Below the pieces are notes generated by a model. The model was not told the origin of the DNA. It ran no database searches and saw nothing but the letters and a program-made list of their open reading frames with translations. This document shows, piece after piece, positions 31,830-32,358 of a stretch of 32,358 bases of DNA (position 1 is the first letter of the stretch; every line of letters starts with the position of its first letter). The translations under genes and the position numbers were made by a program. The stretch comes from Klebsormidium nitens (Eukaryota; Plantae; Klebsormidiophyceae), in assembly GCA_000708835.1 (NCBI GenBank), contig DF237318.1, positions 1 to 32,358 on the forward strand, written 5' to 3'.

Positions 31830-32358
31830 GAGAAGAGTATGTTAGGGAGACAGTTGGTTATGGGATTCCTCATGTGTGTAACATCGAACACAAGAGTCTG
31901 CTTTGCATAAACAGTGCTGGCTGACCTGAGACATCGGCAGATCGGTACTTGTAAGTGTGCAGTGGAGTTTGTTCCCGGATGGACCGGTGAAATAGGATTC
32001 ATAGAAACAAGACTTGAATTTGGATGCACTCCAAAAACGCTTCGGTAGGACAATAAGCCGTTATTGGAAAGGTCGAAAGCTTTAGCTTACATCATTTGAC
32101 TTGCATCGGAGCAATTGTGGCACGTATGGACTTCATCATGGTTCCCTGGCAGCACACTCTATCTCAACGTGACCCACTCATTCAGCGATCGGAATTCTTC
32201 CGACAACTTCTGACATAGAACATATGAGTATACACCAGCCCCGTCAGAAAATTTATGCGCAACCACGAATGCCTTCCAATCGAGGATACATAGATTCGTC
32301 ACGTACATGCGTTATATGCATACGCTCGCGAAACCAGTGTACTAAGGGGAAGGTCATC

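Overview
Eukaryotic, intron-rich nuclear DNA with GC-rich exons and GT-AG introns. It is most likely a flagellate-producing green alga (Klebsormidium-like; inferred from gene content and style, not shown). Most ORFs in the supplied track are exon fragments or antisense shadows. I spliced four genes by hand, using intron phase as a check. (1) A 5'-partial right-handed beta-helix protein (+, 301 to at least 5455) that runs into a 944-N gap. (2) An unidentified compact-intron, CpG-poor gene (+, about 6535-8700) with a weak TerD-like C-terminal motif. (3) An 18-exon RPGRIP1L/MKS5-like ciliary transition-zone gene (-, 10659-22087, about 1480 aa). (4) An 11-exon, probably plastid-targeted protein of cyanobacterial type (+, 23185-31829, 815 aa) that fuses a degenerate sigma54-activator-like AAA+ domain to a polytopic membrane 4Fe-4S module. 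Two observations stand out. Gene 4 has lost GAFTGA, the Walker B glutamate, the R-finger segment and the HTH. Also, seven introns in three unrelated genes carry tandem, decayed copies of their own splice junction plus adjacent exon sequence, several spaced about 143-149 nt apart. I found no rRNA, tRNA, CRISPR array or intact transposon.
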